Source: a virus. From it: a DNA stretch of 64,000 nt. Below the pieces are notes generated by a model. That model was not told the DNA's origin and did no database searches. It was given only the letters and a program-made list of their open reading frames with translations. The position numbers and the translations under genes were made by a program. The stretch is from positions 44,838 through 108,837 of IMG/VR virus record IMGVR_UViG_3300032322_002195, one strand, 5' to 3'. Below are positions 1 through 10,680 of the stretch, one piece after another (the stretch's first letter is position 1; every line of letters starts with the position of its first letter).

Positions 1-375
1 TTCTTGAGCAACGTTATTTAAGTTTGTTTTCATTTCTTCAGAATTTACTGGTATTTCAACATTTAAATAAAATGTTACTTCACAACTCATGAAGCTTCTC
101 TTTCCTTTTCTTATACCAGATTCTCTCAAATCTAAATCAACAATTGTCATTTCTTTGTTTAAATTTAAATTTGATGAATAATTAAATAACGTTTGTTTTA
201 TTTTCTTGATTAAATTTCTAATAGCTCTGTTGTAATTTCCGTCACAATCTTCTTTTGGTTGGGACCATGCAGAAACGTTTAAATAAACTGATTTTGGGTT
301 TTTGTTATTTACGCTCCCAAAAATAACGTTAAAGTCGTTAAAAATACTAGATTTTATTTCTTTTCCTGTTTTCAT
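1..375 (-). CDS. hypothetical phage protein, partial (runs off window edge)
   Basis: ATG at 375, open frame MKTGKEIKSSIFNDFNVIFGSVNNKNPKSVYL... to base 1; absent from ORF track because truncated. Confidence 0.75.
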   Translation of the reverse strand, partial: MKTGKEIKSSIFNDFNVIFGSVNNKNPKSVYLNVSAWSQPKEDCDGNYNRAIRNLIKKIKQTLFNYSSNLNLNKEMTIVDLDLRESGIRKGKRSFMSCEVTFYLNVEIPVNSEEMKTNLNNVAQE

Positions 376-432
376 ATTTACCTGGTTTTTTATAACACAA
401 GTATAATGAAAAAAAATGAATGTGTCAAGCGA

Positions 433-771
433 TTATTTTAGCTTATCCCACAAAGCAATTGTAATACCGATTGCTATTTGAACAAATGTAATTATAGCTA
501 TTGCAGCTGCCCAACGATTCTTTTGCCTATATATTTCGTCTTTAGCCTCTTTCATTTGACTAGGAGACCAAACATCATTAACCTTTTCAATCCATTTAGC
601 ATGTGTATCTACTTTTCCTTCAACATTTTTAACCTCAGTAAGTTTTTGGTTCAACTCAGAAAAACGAGTATCCATGTCAGTTCTCATTCTGTCATAGTTT
701 TCATTAAGCCTCTCAAGTTCTTTTAAAACTAGCTTACTGTAATCACCCCAAGTTCCTGTTTCTTCACTCAT
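433..771 (-). CDS. coiled-coil protein with C-terminal transmembrane helix (possibly holin-like)
   Basis: heptad-rich N-terminus, C-terminal WAAAIAIITFVQIAIGITIALW. Confidence 0.6.
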   Translation of the reverse strand: MSEETGTWGDYSKLVLKELERLNENYDRMRTDMDTRFSELNQKLTEVKNVEGKVDTHAKWIEKVNDVWSPSQMKEAKDEIYRQKNRWAAAIAIITFVQIAIGITIALWDKLK

Positions 772-773
772 GA

Positions 774-992
774 TTATAATTTAACGTTGTTTAGTATATT
801 AGTTATTTTTAAACACATTTTTTCGTAACACTTTATTTTAGTTACTGATGATTTTGATTCCGATATTTCATCTTTACCTTCTTCAATGATATTTTTTAAT
901 TCTTTTAAAATTAAAAAATTTTCATCTTTATGAGTTGTTTCACAAATTTTTTGTGTTAATTCTCTTAATTTTAAAATATTTTCATTATACAT
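774..992 (-). CDS. hypothetical protein
   Basis: 72-aa ORF tightly packed in the operon. Confidence 0.55.
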   Translation of the reverse strand: MYNENILKLRELTQKICETTHKDENFLILKELKNIIEEGKDEISESKSSVTKIKCYEKMCLKITNILNNVKL

Positions 993-1000
993 TGGCGTTA

Positions 1001-1792
1001 TTAATTTTCTTTTAAAGTATTCTTAAGGTCTATAATTTTAGAAATATTTTTTATAAAATCCTCGTTTATTTCTTGTTTATCATTTAATAATCTGTCTTTA
1101 ACCCTTAAAAGTTTGTCTTTTGTTTCTAAATCAGAACCATCTAGTTTCTCATTAATCAAATCAATACACTCTCTTACAACTTTACCATAAACCTCTTTTT
1201 TCTGTTCATCAGTAGATTCGATTATAACTTTAAGAATTTGTTTTTCTGATTTATCCAAAGTGCTGTATTTTTGATTGTATTTCTCGACCATGATAGTAGT
1301 CAACATACTATTAGGTAATTCTATACTTTCAGAAATTACTTTTTCTTTGTTATTTACGATATAATCAATTATTTTGCTAGTTGCTTCAACAATCACATCA
1401 ATATTCTCTGGAGATTTACTTGTGAATATAAGAGTAGAAATACTTTCATAAAGTTCTTTTTTATCGTCTAGTACATCTTTTTCAAATAAAAGATTTTGCA
1501 CCAATTTTGAATTTGCTTCAAATATTTCTTTTTTATCGTATTTAGAAAACAAATCAATATTTTCTTTTACAAACATATTAGCTTTATTGATATCTTTTTC
1601 TACTTTTTGCTCAATGTTGGTGTAAACTAAAAATTGAGTTTTAAGTATCTCGTTTTCTTTTAAAGACTTAACATAGTTTTTAAACAAGTCTTTTTTTGGC
1701 TTATCCTCTGACATAACGCTTTCGGCCAAAAGTGTGTTATAAACACTTTTTATGTGACCAAAATTTTTTGTTATTTGACTTAAATTTGTCAT
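1001..1792 (-). CDS. hypothetical helical protein downstream of portal (possible head assembly protein)
   Basis: 263-aa ORF; ATATTTAT motif upstream; position next to portal. Confidence 0.6.
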   Translation of the reverse strand: MTNLSQITKNFGHIKSVYNTLLAESVMSEDKPKKDLFKNYVKSLKENEILKTQFLVYTNIEQKVEKDINKANMFVKENIDLFSKYDKKEIFEANSKLVQNLLFEKDVLDDKKELYESISTLIFTSKSPENIDVIVEATSKIIDYIVNNKEKVISESIELPNSMLTTIMVEKYNQKYSTLDKSEKQILKVIIESTDEQKKEVYGKVVRECIDLINEKLDGSDLETKDKLLRVKDRLLNDKQEINEDFIKNISKIIDLKNTLKEN

Positions 1793-1837
1793 ACCTTTAA
1801 TTTACTTAATAAATATTGTTATTTTATGCAAAAGAAT

Positions 1838-3922
1838 TTATTCTCCTAACATTTTATCGATTCCATTTATCATGTCATCAACATCTTTGTTTATTTTTAC
1901 GTTTTTGTCGTAAATTTTTACTCTTTCGTTAATTTCTTTTTTTATCGGGTTTATAGATTCTAGCAAAGCATCAACAAATCTACCTTGATAATGTTTGGTT
2001 CTATCATCTAACTTTTTAGCTAACATTTTTTTCTGTTCTTTCAATATTTTATTAACCTTTTTAACAGATTCAGTTACTTCAGTTGGAGCAGCCTCTTCAG
2101 CTCCAGCCTCTGTACCAGCTTCTTCAGCTCCAGCTATTTCAGCACCTGTTTCGGCTTCACCCCCAGCTTCGGTAGCGGCTTCACTTTCACCACCTTCTTC
2201 ACCACCAAAATCTAAGTCTTCACCACCTACTCCTCCACCACCAAAAGAGCCACCTAATCCTCCACCACCGCCAGTTGAACCACCAGATTCACCTTCAGCC
2301 CCACCAGCAGCCTCACCACCTTCTCCACTACCACCTTTAAGTGCTAATTTAAAATCACCGTAAACTCTATCCACGATATCAAACATACCAGTATGTTTGA
2401 TAACATTTGCTGAATTGGCCAATTCAGCAGCAGCAGCTTTTTCAAGCCTTTGTTCTAACAAATCTTTTTTGATTTCATCATCAGACATACCAAGAACATC
2501 TCTTTTTGCACGAGTCATTGACATCGCAGCAAAGCCATTACCAGCATCAGAAACTGCGTCTTTATAAAGAGTAACTTTGCTTTGTAAGTGTTCTACTTTA
2601 AGCATTTCTGCTTGAGTAGATGGATTATTAAGAGTAAGTGTAAAGTTATCAAAATCTTCGTCAAAACCTAACAAATACAAATGAATAATAGCTATCTTAT
2701 TAAGTTCTTGAAGCATTGATTGTTGTATGCGATTAATAGTCCTTGAAAAACGTATATCTTGCAATGCAAGGTTTTTACCTTCACCAGCTGTCTCATCAAA
2801 ACCTAAAAATGGTTTTGGAACACGCAAAGCAGTGAATAGATTATTCCTCAAATATTCAATATCAGCAATTTGGTCCAAGTTAGAAGCACCAGGAAGTGTA
2901 TCAATTGGATTTGGTGCATCTTCAGTACGAACAGGGATGAAAAAATCTTGGTCATTTGATAACTGATTGTATCTAAGGTCCATTTGACCAGTTTGTGGGT
3001 CGGTAATTGGAATTCGTTTAAACCTATCAGCTATTTCATTTACATATGCTGGTACGTCTGCGTCTTCAATATTACCAACATATATTTTATAAACACGTCT
3101 TTCTGGTGCACGAGTAACACGATATACCAACATAGAGTCTTCTGATAAAATAAGTTGTTTCCAAATACGTCTGGCTTTCTCTAACATACTCGTACCATAA
3201 GGCAAACGTCTATCATCACCAGTTAATCTAAAGTGAGCTATTTGCCAAGAATTAAATTCAACATCACGACCTCTCCAATAAAATTTTACTTTATCAGCAA
3301 CCGCAACATTTCCGTTTGGTGTTTCTCTACCAGTAATCATATCAAACAAACCGCTTTCCCTTCTTTCCATTTCATAGTTTGGCATTTGTTTTCCGCCAGT
3401 TACTCCGTGAACATCATCAATATTTAAAAACACAAAGTTATCACCATATTTTACAGTATTCCTTGTCCACATTGGTAACGATGTATGTATATCTAATCTA
3501 TTAAAAAATAAATCTTCTAATATCCCCTTAACACGACTACTATCAGAATAAACATTCAATACTTTTCCCTTGTCATTAAGAGTTGTTGATTCTTCAGCCA
3601 TTATATCTAATGCAGCAGCAATAATTGGATAAAACTCCATAGCCTCAAAATCTGAGTAAGAACCAATACGAGTTGTTTCATAGTTTATTGATTGTTGAAA
3701 AAGTCCGCTCTCAACCTTTTTCCACATCTGAGACAAATACTTGTTTTGTTGCGCTTGCAACTTAGCTCTTTCAAAATCAACTTTATTATCTGTTTTAAGC
3801 AACACATCGTTACCCATATTGTAACGTTGTGGTTGTGGTTGACTTTGGTTTAGTTTTGCTGAATCAGGACCTAATATTTGTCCCAATCTTTGAAATATAG
3901 TTAAATTTTTATTTTCTGCCAT
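1838..3922 (-). CDS. T4 gp20-like portal protein with Gly/Glu-rich C-terminal extension
   Basis: motifs YGTSMLEKARRIWKQLILSEDSMLVYRVTRAPERRVYKIYVGN, DFFIPVR, IDTLPGASNL..IADIEYL, ALRVPK. Confidence 0.93.
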   Translation of the reverse strand: MAENKNLTIFQRLGQILGPDSAKLNQSQPQPQRYNMGNDVLLKTDNKVDFERAKLQAQQNKYLSQMWKKVESGLFQQSINYETTRIGSYSDFEAMEFYPIIAAALDIMAEESTTLNDKGKVLNVYSDSSRVKGILEDLFFNRLDIHTSLPMWTRNTVKYGDNFVFLNIDDVHGVTGGKQMPNYEMERRESGLFDMITGRETPNGNVAVADKVKFYWRGRDVEFNSWQIAHFRLTGDDRRLPYGTSMLEKARRIWKQLILSEDSMLVYRVTRAPERRVYKIYVGNIEDADVPAYVNEIADRFKRIPITDPQTGQMDLRYNQLSNDQDFFIPVRTEDAPNPIDTLPGASNLDQIADIEYLRNNLFTALRVPKPFLGFDETAGEGKNLALQDIRFSRTINRIQQSMLQELNKIAIIHLYLLGFDEDFDNFTLTLNNPSTQAEMLKVEHLQSKVTLYKDAVSDAGNGFAAMSMTRAKRDVLGMSDDEIKKDLLEQRLEKAAAAELANSANVIKHTGMFDIVDRVYGDFKLALKGGSGEGGEAAGGAEGESGGSTGGGGGLGGSFGGGGVGGEDLDFGGEEGGESEAATEAGGEAETGAEIAGAEEAGTEAGAEEAAPTEVTESVKKVNKILKEQKKMLAKKLDDRTKHYQGRFVDALLESINPIKKEINERVKIYDKNVKINKDVDDMINGIDKMLGE

Positions 3923-3968
3923 AATATTGTTTTATTATAATTTAAGTTTTAATTCTAAAAAATAAAGA

Positions 3969-4202
3969 TTACTGCACGTAATCACATTCTACGTATGCTA
4001 ATCTTTCTTGCTCACCAATAGGACTAACTGCTAAAGTATAAACATAATTGGTTATCCAATCTTGACCTTGACTTCCTGATATTGCATTACAGAAAAACGG
4101 TTTTTTTGTAATGTTTTGTTTTTTTATGATATTTGATTGAATTGGTGACCATTTATAAAGTATTGGACCATATGTTTTAAGTACAAATGTATTTTTTGCC
4201 AT
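3969..4202 (-). CDS. hypothetical protein
   Basis: 77-aa ORF between terminase and portal. Confidence 0.55.
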   Translation of the reverse strand: MAKNTFVLKTYGPILYKWSPIQSNIIKKQNITKKPFFCNAISGSQGQDWITNYVYTLAVSPIGEQERLAYVECDYVQ

Positions 4203-4213
4203 TTTATTTAGAT

Positions 4214-5995
4214 TTATTTCATTCCATTAAATAACCACATGTATTGACCTAAAGGGTCTTGCATATTTTTAGAAATAGCTGGGTTAAATTTAGGTTTTGG
4301 CGTTGTCGCCTTATTTCTGTTTTCTTTGCTAACAAAACTACCAGAAGCTGGTTCTTCTTTTACCGATGGTGAACCAACCACCCAACTACTTAGCATAGCT
4401 TTGTTTTGTTTTTCTAATCTTTCTAGATTTTTAAAAGAATGTTCTACAACCCATAAACACATAGCCATTGCCATTAGCAAATCGTCATGATAACCATCCA
4501 TGTGGTCTGGTCTACCATTTTTGTAAATAAATGTTTTCATCTCAGATGTCATTCTAACCGAACGAATTTTAACAGCGTCCGTTCTAATTTTAAATTCTAA
4601 GTTTGAAATCATTGGTAGACGAACTGATGTTGCGTGAAAACCTGGTATTTTATTATCTTTATTATAACTAGTTAATTCTCTTTGTTTAGAAGATAAAACT
4701 TTTCCATTTTGGCTATCATAGTGTAATCTTTTATAATTAAATTCTAGTAATTTAAGAATAGTTGAAACACCCATACCACCAGTTGCATCCACCACAGTGT
4801 AAGCCTTGTATAAATTTCCATATTCTTCAACAATTTGAGCCAATAAATCTGGTTGTATCTTTCCTTGATATTCTACGACTTGCTCCATGGTTGTAAAATC
4901 CAATATAACCATTGTTGAAGAATCCTCTCCATCACCTCTGGATACGTCCACACCCATTATGTATTGATGTCCCTCTTGTGGCTCATCCCAAATCCATATT
5001 TCACCCTCTGGGCCAGCGGTATATAACGGTTCTCTTACGTTGTTTTTGTTTTGGAATTCAATGTGTTCTTCGTCAATAACGTTACCACCTGAACCAATGA
5101 AAGACACGTCCAATTCTTGTGCAATCATCTTAGCATCATTATTCATACCACGACACATTTCTTCATACCATGAAGATGTTGGTTTCCAACCTCCCAAAAT
5201 TCTTTTTTCGTAAGAATTAAAAGTAAATTCAACCTCATCTTCTGTCACTTCATCTTTGACCCAACGTAAATCTTTATTGTAACGCAAGTCTTCATACCAT
5301 TTCATTTCAATAATATTGAAATTGTTTTCCTTTTTCCTAGCTTGGTCATATGTTTTGTAATAAAGTGCGTCCATACCACGAGGTGTTGATATAAGAGTTG
5401 CTTTGCCACCAGTACCCAAAGCCGTCAAAGCAGCACCAAATACTTCGGCACCATTATCAATATATGCGGCTTCATCCATAACTAAGTAAGTTGGAGTGAA
5501 ACCACGCAACGCATCTTTAGATGTAGCAACCGCTTTTACACGACTACCATTAGGTAATTTTATTTCTTTTTTAGAGTCAGTAAGGAATATTGACTTTTCT
5601 TCATTTTTTTGATTACCATAGTATTCAGAACCCCAAACCCATCTTGGTAATTGAGAAACAAACTCTTTAATTTTTGCCAAAAATTCAAACGCCAACTCTT
5701 GTTTGTTGGCAATGATAAGAACAGCTTCTGGGTTTTCAGCATCAGCAAAACCAACCTTTATTGCCATATAAGCTGCCGTTGTCGTTGATACCCCAGCCTG
5801 TCTTGGTTTTGTGATTAAATTAAACCTATGCTTTTCATAAGCATAGATTATTTCTTTTTGTCTTGGGAATAGCTTAAACGGTACAAACCCTTCTTGAGTT
5901 TTATCAAATGTTTCCAAATAAGTCTCAATACCATATATCGGACTTGTTAAACATTTGGCATATTCTTTAAATATTTCTGTTTTTGTTAATAGCAT
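4214..5995 (-). CDS. terL: terminase large subunit (T4 gp17-like)
   Basis: LFPRQ Q-motif, KPRQAGVST Walker A, LVMDEAA Walker B, ISTPRG motif III, nuclease motifs MGVDVSRG and HDDLLMA. Confidence 0.95.
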   Translation of the reverse strand: MLLTKTEIFKEYAKCLTSPIYGIETYLETFDKTQEGFVPFKLFPRQKEIIYAYEKHRFNLITKPRQAGVSTTTAAYMAIKVGFADAENPEAVLIIANKQELAFEFLAKIKEFVSQLPRWVWGSEYYGNQKNEEKSIFLTDSKKEIKLPNGSRVKAVATSKDALRGFTPTYLVMDEAAYIDNGAEVFGAALTALGTGGKATLISTPRGMDALYYKTYDQARKKENNFNIIEMKWYEDLRYNKDLRWVKDEVTEDEVEFTFNSYEKRILGGWKPTSSWYEEMCRGMNNDAKMIAQELDVSFIGSGGNVIDEEHIEFQNKNNVREPLYTAGPEGEIWIWDEPQEGHQYIMGVDVSRGDGEDSSTMVILDFTTMEQVVEYQGKIQPDLLAQIVEEYGNLYKAYTVVDATGGMGVSTILKLLEFNYKRLHYDSQNGKVLSSKQRELTSYNKDNKIPGFHATSVRLPMISNLEFKIRTDAVKIRSVRMTSEMKTFIYKNGRPDHMDGYHDDLLMAMAMCLWVVEHSFKNLERLEKQNKAMLSSWVVGSPSVKEEPASGSFVSKENRNKATTPKPKFNPAISKNMQDPLGQYMWLFNGMK

Positions 5996-6074
5996 ATTAT
6001 TTTAACTATAAATATGCCAAAACACAATAAAAACAATTAAGACCCCAATTGGAGCCTTAATTCATTTGTTTTTA

Positions 6075-7337
6075 TTATTTAAACAAGTCTTCAAAATCAA
6101 ACCCTTCATCCAAATCATCATCTGGCTTACCACCCATTAACTCGTCCAAATCAAAGCCTTCGTCTTTTATTTCATGATGAGTGTTTATTTCATTCATCGC
6201 TTCGTTAAATTCATCGTTTTGTATTTCTTTTTTGATTTCTTTAACAATGGTTTCTATTATAATTTTACCCTCTTTGGTACCAGCCATAATTTCTCTCATC
6301 TTTGTATTGAACTCTTTAACAGGCAAAGCCGCTAAATCGCAGTAAATTTGATGTTTTAAATGAAAATCATCTGGCTCAATCATTGAAGCAAATCGACCCC
6401 ATAGACTTGGACCTAGCCTCATATCCCATGGCTCAGCTGCTAAAAAATCAGCTTTATTTATAACATATTCACCAATTCTTTTTTCTTTTGGTAAACCATG
6501 TGCCGATATAAGTTCCATAACACCCTTTACTAATTCATGAATAAGAACTGGAAATACCATTGCTTGAGCATATATTACTGCTTTTGGGTTTGATTGAGTT
6601 GGAAATTGAACTCTTACAACACCACCGTTAACACCATTATCCATTTCTGGTATAATATAATACATATAGTCAGCAGCGGACATCATTTTAGCGTATTTGT
6701 TTGGTAAGCGTGGGTCAAAATTAGTCAATTCATCATCAACCATATGGTACATGTGGTTGGTTTTTTTAGCAGCACCTTGTATCATTGCATTCAAAAACCT
6801 ACGCTTATAAACTTCTTCGTTAGCGCCAACCATTTCATCATGATTCATAAACTCAACTTCCATGGCCATTGGTTTTGGATTCTTTTTGGTTCCAACCATA
6901 GTTATCTCTGTTGTCAATTCAGCATGAATTTCAACAATATCTTCACTCATATCAAACTCTTCACGAATCATTTTTTCAGCCAATTTCTCCAAAGCTTTTT
7001 TATGTTTTGCTTCTATACCGATGGTTTCATATACCATCGGCATCATTTCTTTCAAAACATTTGAATTATTTATTACATCAACATCGTGAGCTCTTTTATA
7101 GCGATTGGCAACTTCTTTAAAACGTTCACCCATTATTTTCTCTTCAAAAGTAGATTCATCATTTTCTGGGAAAATAGGGTGTTTACCCAAAGAATGTTTT
7201 CTCAAAACCAAATCTTCTTCAAGTTTTGGGTGCATTCTTTCAGTTAACCCTTCTGGATATAAAACACCCTCGTTTAACGTTTTAGGTTTGTTACTTTGTT
7301 TAAGTGCGTTTTCAACTATTTTTCTGTAGTTACTCAT
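6075..7337 (-). CDS. hypothetical, probable virion/head protein
   Basis: 420 aa, N-terminal TLNE motif, LIHELVKG segment, acidic tail. Confidence 0.6.
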   Translation of the reverse strand: MSNYRKIVENALKQSNKPKTLNEGVLYPEGLTERMHPKLEEDLVLRKHSLGKHPIFPENDESTFEEKIMGERFKEVANRYKRAHDVDVINNSNVLKEMMPMVYETIGIEAKHKKALEKLAEKMIREEFDMSEDIVEIHAELTTEITMVGTKKNPKPMAMEVEFMNHDEMVGANEEVYKRRFLNAMIQGAAKKTNHMYHMVDDELTNFDPRLPNKYAKMMSAADYMYYIIPEMDNGVNGGVVRVQFPTQSNPKAVIYAQAMVFPVLIHELVKGVMELISAHGLPKEKRIGEYVINKADFLAAEPWDMRLGPSLWGRFASMIEPDDFHLKHQIYCDLAALPVKEFNTKMREIMAGTKEGKIIIETIVKEIKKEIQNDEFNEAMNEINTHHEIKDEGFDLDELMGGKPDDDLDEGFDFEDLFK

Positions 7338-8241
7338 TATTTATATTTTTTACTTTGATAATTCTTTTTGTTTTACCCTCAGATAATTGAGCGTTTTGTT
7401 GTTCTGGTTTAACTTTAGACATGTCTTTTAATCCACTTATTAATTGTGATAAACCATTTCTAGGCACACCAATCATTTCAGCAAAAGCTGCTATAACCTC
7501 TCTTTTAGCTACTGGTGTTTTTATAGTTGTAATAACATTTGAAGGAATTCTTTTTTGTATTAAATCCATTAATTTTTTTGCTTTGATATTCATTTCTTCA
7601 TCACTTTCCTCACCAGTTGGCGTAACTTCGTTTACAACATGTTTTTTAGGTCCAAATACCTTTCCTTCAAAGTATTTTTTAAACTCCCTAATTCCCATGT
7701 ATCTCTCCTCGTCAAGCATATTTGCTTTAGCCAATTCTTCTATTGTTTTAAACTTTCTAAATTTTCCAGTTTTCTCATTAACAATATAATGCCTGAATTC
7801 ACCAAGACCTAATGTTTTATTTTCATTGGCTGTTTCTTCTTTTACCTCCATCGCCTCTTTCATAGGTTTTGCAATATTTTCTTCAAAATATTGCATATCA
7901 TGAATTATATTGTCACCATTATCATCAACGTCATCATAACAATAAACCGCTAAAACAACTTCTTTATTTGGCATTAACCCTCTAACCATTTGATATCTTT
8001 TATCACCGATAGAAAATGGTTGTGATATTTCACCAGTTTTAGAATCTTTAACATTTGATAAATATTGTATTGTTGATTGGTCTTGTGGTTGAATAACGTT
8101 ATCGATTTCAGTTATTTTTTTATCTATAGGTAGAATATTAACTTTTTGACCTTTTAAATCAGAAATAGTTTGTTTTAGTTCTGATTTAGGAATCATAATA
8201 GTTGGCGTTTCAACTTCTTTTATTTTATTTTGTTTCTCCAT
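7330..8241 (-). CDS. hypothetical, probable head-associated protein
   Basis: 303 aa, ITE/MKE/VNE/LSE motifs, overlaps neighbours. Confidence 0.6.
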   Translation of the reverse strand: MEKQNKIKEVETPTIMIPKSELKQTISDLKGQKVNILPIDKKITEIDNVIQPQDQSTIQYLSNVKDSKTGEISQPFSIGDKRYQMVRGLMPNKEVVLAVYCYDDVDDNGDNIIHDMQYFEENIAKPMKEAMEVKEETANENKTLGLGEFRHYIVNEKTGKFRKFKTIEELAKANMLDEERYMGIREFKKYFEGKVFGPKKHVVNEVTPTGEESDEEMNIKAKKLMDLIQKRIPSNVITTIKTPVAKREVIAAFAEMIGVPRNGLSQLISGLKDMSKVKPEQQNAQLSEGKTKRIIKVKNINNE

Positions 8242-8638
8242 GATATTGTTGGTTATAATTTAATATTAGGTCTTTTTCATATAACTTTTCTTCAACTTCT
8301 TTTATTTTTTCTCCAAATTTAAAACAAAGTCTTTTTTCTGGATATGAGTCATAAGCATTAATGTTTTCCCATGCCAATGCAATAACACCATCAACAGCAT
8401 CCCATACGGCAAATGTGTCACTGTTTTGAATAACATCTAATTTTAATTCAGACTCCAAACGTCCAACTTTTTTAATAAAATTGTCATGAGGGGCTTGTGG
8501 TCTACCAGAAGCTGGAAAAGTATCCCATTCTTCACCATCAATATTTTTACTTGTATCTGAAAATATAAATTCAAACAAGTAATTACCTTGATAGTTTTTG
8601 CCAACCATGTTAACATATATGAGATACAAATCTTTCAT
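8225..8638 (-). CDS. hypothetical phage protein
   Basis: 137-aa ORF translationally coupled to neighbours. Confidence 0.65.
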   Translation of the reverse strand: MKDLYLIYVNMVGKNYQGNYLFEFIFSDTSKNIDGEEWDTFPASGRPQAPHDNFIKKVGRLESELKLDVIQNSDTFAVWDAVDGVIALAWENINAYDSYPEKRLCFKFGEKIKEVEEKLYEKDLILNYNQQYHGETK

Positions 8639-10224
8639 TATTTTTCAGCTTTTGGGTCTGGTTGAACGTTAGGCATTGGAAGAAAAGGTTTATTTTTTCT
8701 ACTTGGTATGTTTGGTTCACTAGGTTTGGTTTCAGGTGTTACTTTAGGTTTGACAACTGGTTCAATAGTAGGCTCTATCATAATATCATCTTCTCTGAAT
8801 GTTTCTCTTAACATATTTTTAATAATGTTTTTAGGTTCAAATATACTTAAATTTTCTGATATAGACAAGTTCTCGTTGCTCTTTTTCCCCCAACTTTTAC
8901 CTTTTTTAGGTGTACCACATGCTGAAGGTGTTGGCCTACAAGCTGGATATTTTCTATTTTCACCTTCTTTTCTACCACAAGGTTTGCATTTTTTCCTACC
9001 AGTTTTCTCATCTGTTCTACATGTGTTGCAATCTACCCAACCTTGTGATTTTCCTTCACCACCTTGTCTAGAAAACCACCCATGAAGACCCTGTTCTTTT
9101 TCTTTAGAAAAATCAGTCTTTTTAGACTCATTCATTTTTTCATCTTTGGCTAAAAATGCATCAATCCACGCTTGCAATTCATGAACATCTGGCGCATATT
9201 CCTTTCCCTTTTTTCTAGTGATAGCACTATGAGCCAAATTAATTAATTCTTTGGTGTATTCTTCAGATTCATTTGTTTTTTTTCTACCTTGACAATGTGC
9301 TCTTTGGCTAAATCCTTTTGGATTGTTGCAATCTATGCTTCTTTTGTATTTTTCAGACCATTTTTCTTCAATTGAGGCTTCTTTCAAAACAGAGATATCG
9401 TCATAATCTGAATTTAAAATTTTTATTTGTGTGTTTTTAGCAATTACATTATGTTTATCATCAACATAAATAAAAGGACTAGTCCATAAAATTAAATCCC
9501 CTAAATACATCACCATTTGGAAATGATTTGTTGGATTTTTAGATTTATTTTTAAACTCCACTTCTTCAACCCCACCAACTAAATCATTTGATATCTGATA
9601 TAATAAATGACGAGCCACGTTTTCATTTATATCAGCCAAATTATCATCATAGTCAATTTTCCACATAGGAATCCACTCTGTTTTCATTCTTTCATTGAAT
9701 TTTTTGAATGGGATTTTATATGATTTTATTTTTTCAATTATTCCTTTTATTGTTTCATCTTCAGACTCATTGGTTTTATTTCCCCAATTAGCAGCACCGA
9801 CCTTACGACATTGAACTAGCGAACCTGAACCGTAGGCACTTGGCCATACATCATATCTAGCTCTAACTTTATAATAACAAGCGTCTTTTTTACCTTTTTT
9901 CTTTTTTCCTTCTTCAATTGCTTCATAAACAACCAAATCATCATCAAACTTTGTTTCAATAATTTCCACCATCAAATCACCAGAACCCTTAATAACTCTA
10001 TGAAAAGTATTCTTAGGAATAAAAAATTCTTCATTAACATTTAATTTTTTTGGTAACTCATTGTCAAATTGTACCAACCAATCGTTTTCATTTAAAGGAA
10101 TTACAATTCTGTCTTCTTTATCACGATGCCATACCAATTCATCACTTTCAACAAGATTTGAGAAAGTTCTTCTAATCACATTACCATTTTTTTCTTCACT
10201 ATATGGTTTCATATTACTTTTCAT
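8638..10224 (-). CDS. modular protein: N-terminal cupin-like domain plus several basic Cys-containing modules
   Basis: WHRDKEDR...FIPKNTFHRVIKG cupin-like signature; modules DACYYKVRARYDVWPSAY, KWSEKYKRSIDCNNPKGFSQRAHC, WVDCN..PCGR..YPAC separated by xNE/xEE. Confidence 0.65.
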   Translation of the reverse strand: MKSNMKPYSEEKNGNVIRRTFSNLVESDELVWHRDKEDRIVIPLNENDWLVQFDNELPKKLNVNEEFFIPKNTFHRVIKGSGDLMVEIIETKFDDDLVVYEAIEEGKKKKGKKDACYYKVRARYDVWPSAYGSGSLVQCRKVGAANWGNKTNESEDETIKGIIEKIKSYKIPFKKFNERMKTEWIPMWKIDYDDNLADINENVARHLLYQISNDLVGGVEEVEFKNKSKNPTNHFQMVMYLGDLILWTSPFIYVDDKHNVIAKNTQIKILNSDYDDISVLKEASIEEKWSEKYKRSIDCNNPKGFSQRAHCQGRKKTNESEEYTKELINLAHSAITRKKGKEYAPDVHELQAWIDAFLAKDEKMNESKKTDFSKEKEQGLHGWFSRQGGEGKSQGWVDCNTCRTDEKTGRKKCKPCGRKEGENRKYPACRPTPSACGTPKKGKSWGKKSNENLSISENLSIFEPKNIIKNMLRETFREDDIMIEPTIEPVVKPKVTPETKPSEPNIPSRKNKPFLPMPNVQPDPKAEK

Positions 10225-10666
10225 TTTTTTCTTGCCATTTATATGAAATAGAATCTTCTTTAATAGGTCCTCCTTTAGCCCATGTTCTACAGCTTCTAGC
10301 CGAATGACACTTAAAATGATGCATCCAACAATACCCTAATCTTCCATCTTCATCAGAAACTGGCCCTGGCATGCAATCATCCATTCTCGGAGATATATCA
10401 AAAGCAACGCAATTTCCACATTTAGATTCCATAGCTGCTTCAACGCTAGTATTCCAATGGTCGGCTATCTTTTCCCAAAAATCAGCTGGTTCATCAACAT
10501 TTAATGGACCATACTGAATATGTGGTTCGTTTATCGCAGCATCTCTATTTTTGGTGTTTAATTCCAAATCTTGAGTTGCTTCAGGACATTCCATTTCTGG
10601 TTTGCCCAAAAGTTGTCTGTTTTTACGTTCAATTAAACGTTGTTTTTGTTTTGATATTCTGTTCAT
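10214..10666 (-). CDS. Cys-rich putative metal-binding protein
   Basis: CGNC..F, GYC, C..W pattern; likely start ATG 10666 (MNRISKQ). Confidence 0.6.
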   Translation of the reverse strand: MNRISKQKQRLIERKNRQLLGKPEMECPEATQDLELNTKNRDAAINEPHIQYGPLNVDEPADFWEKIADHWNTSVEAAMESKCGNCVAFDISPRMDDCMPGPVSDEDGRLGYCWMHHFKCHSARSCRTWAKGGPIKEDSISYKWQEKNEK

Positions 10667-10680
10667 AATTAATATTTTTT

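Noticed and set aside
1995-2363. Pro/Ser-rich + strand ORF and the many other antisense ORFs in the track (e.g. 8708-9085, 21925-22293, 55078-55281, 63219-63440)
   Set aside because: Shadows of low-complexity or repeat coding on the opposite strand; no promoter or recognisable motifs
6520-6550. Zinc metallopeptidase call for 6075-7337 (HELVK)
   Set aside because: The second His of HExxH is replaced by Lys; not enough for an enzymatic call
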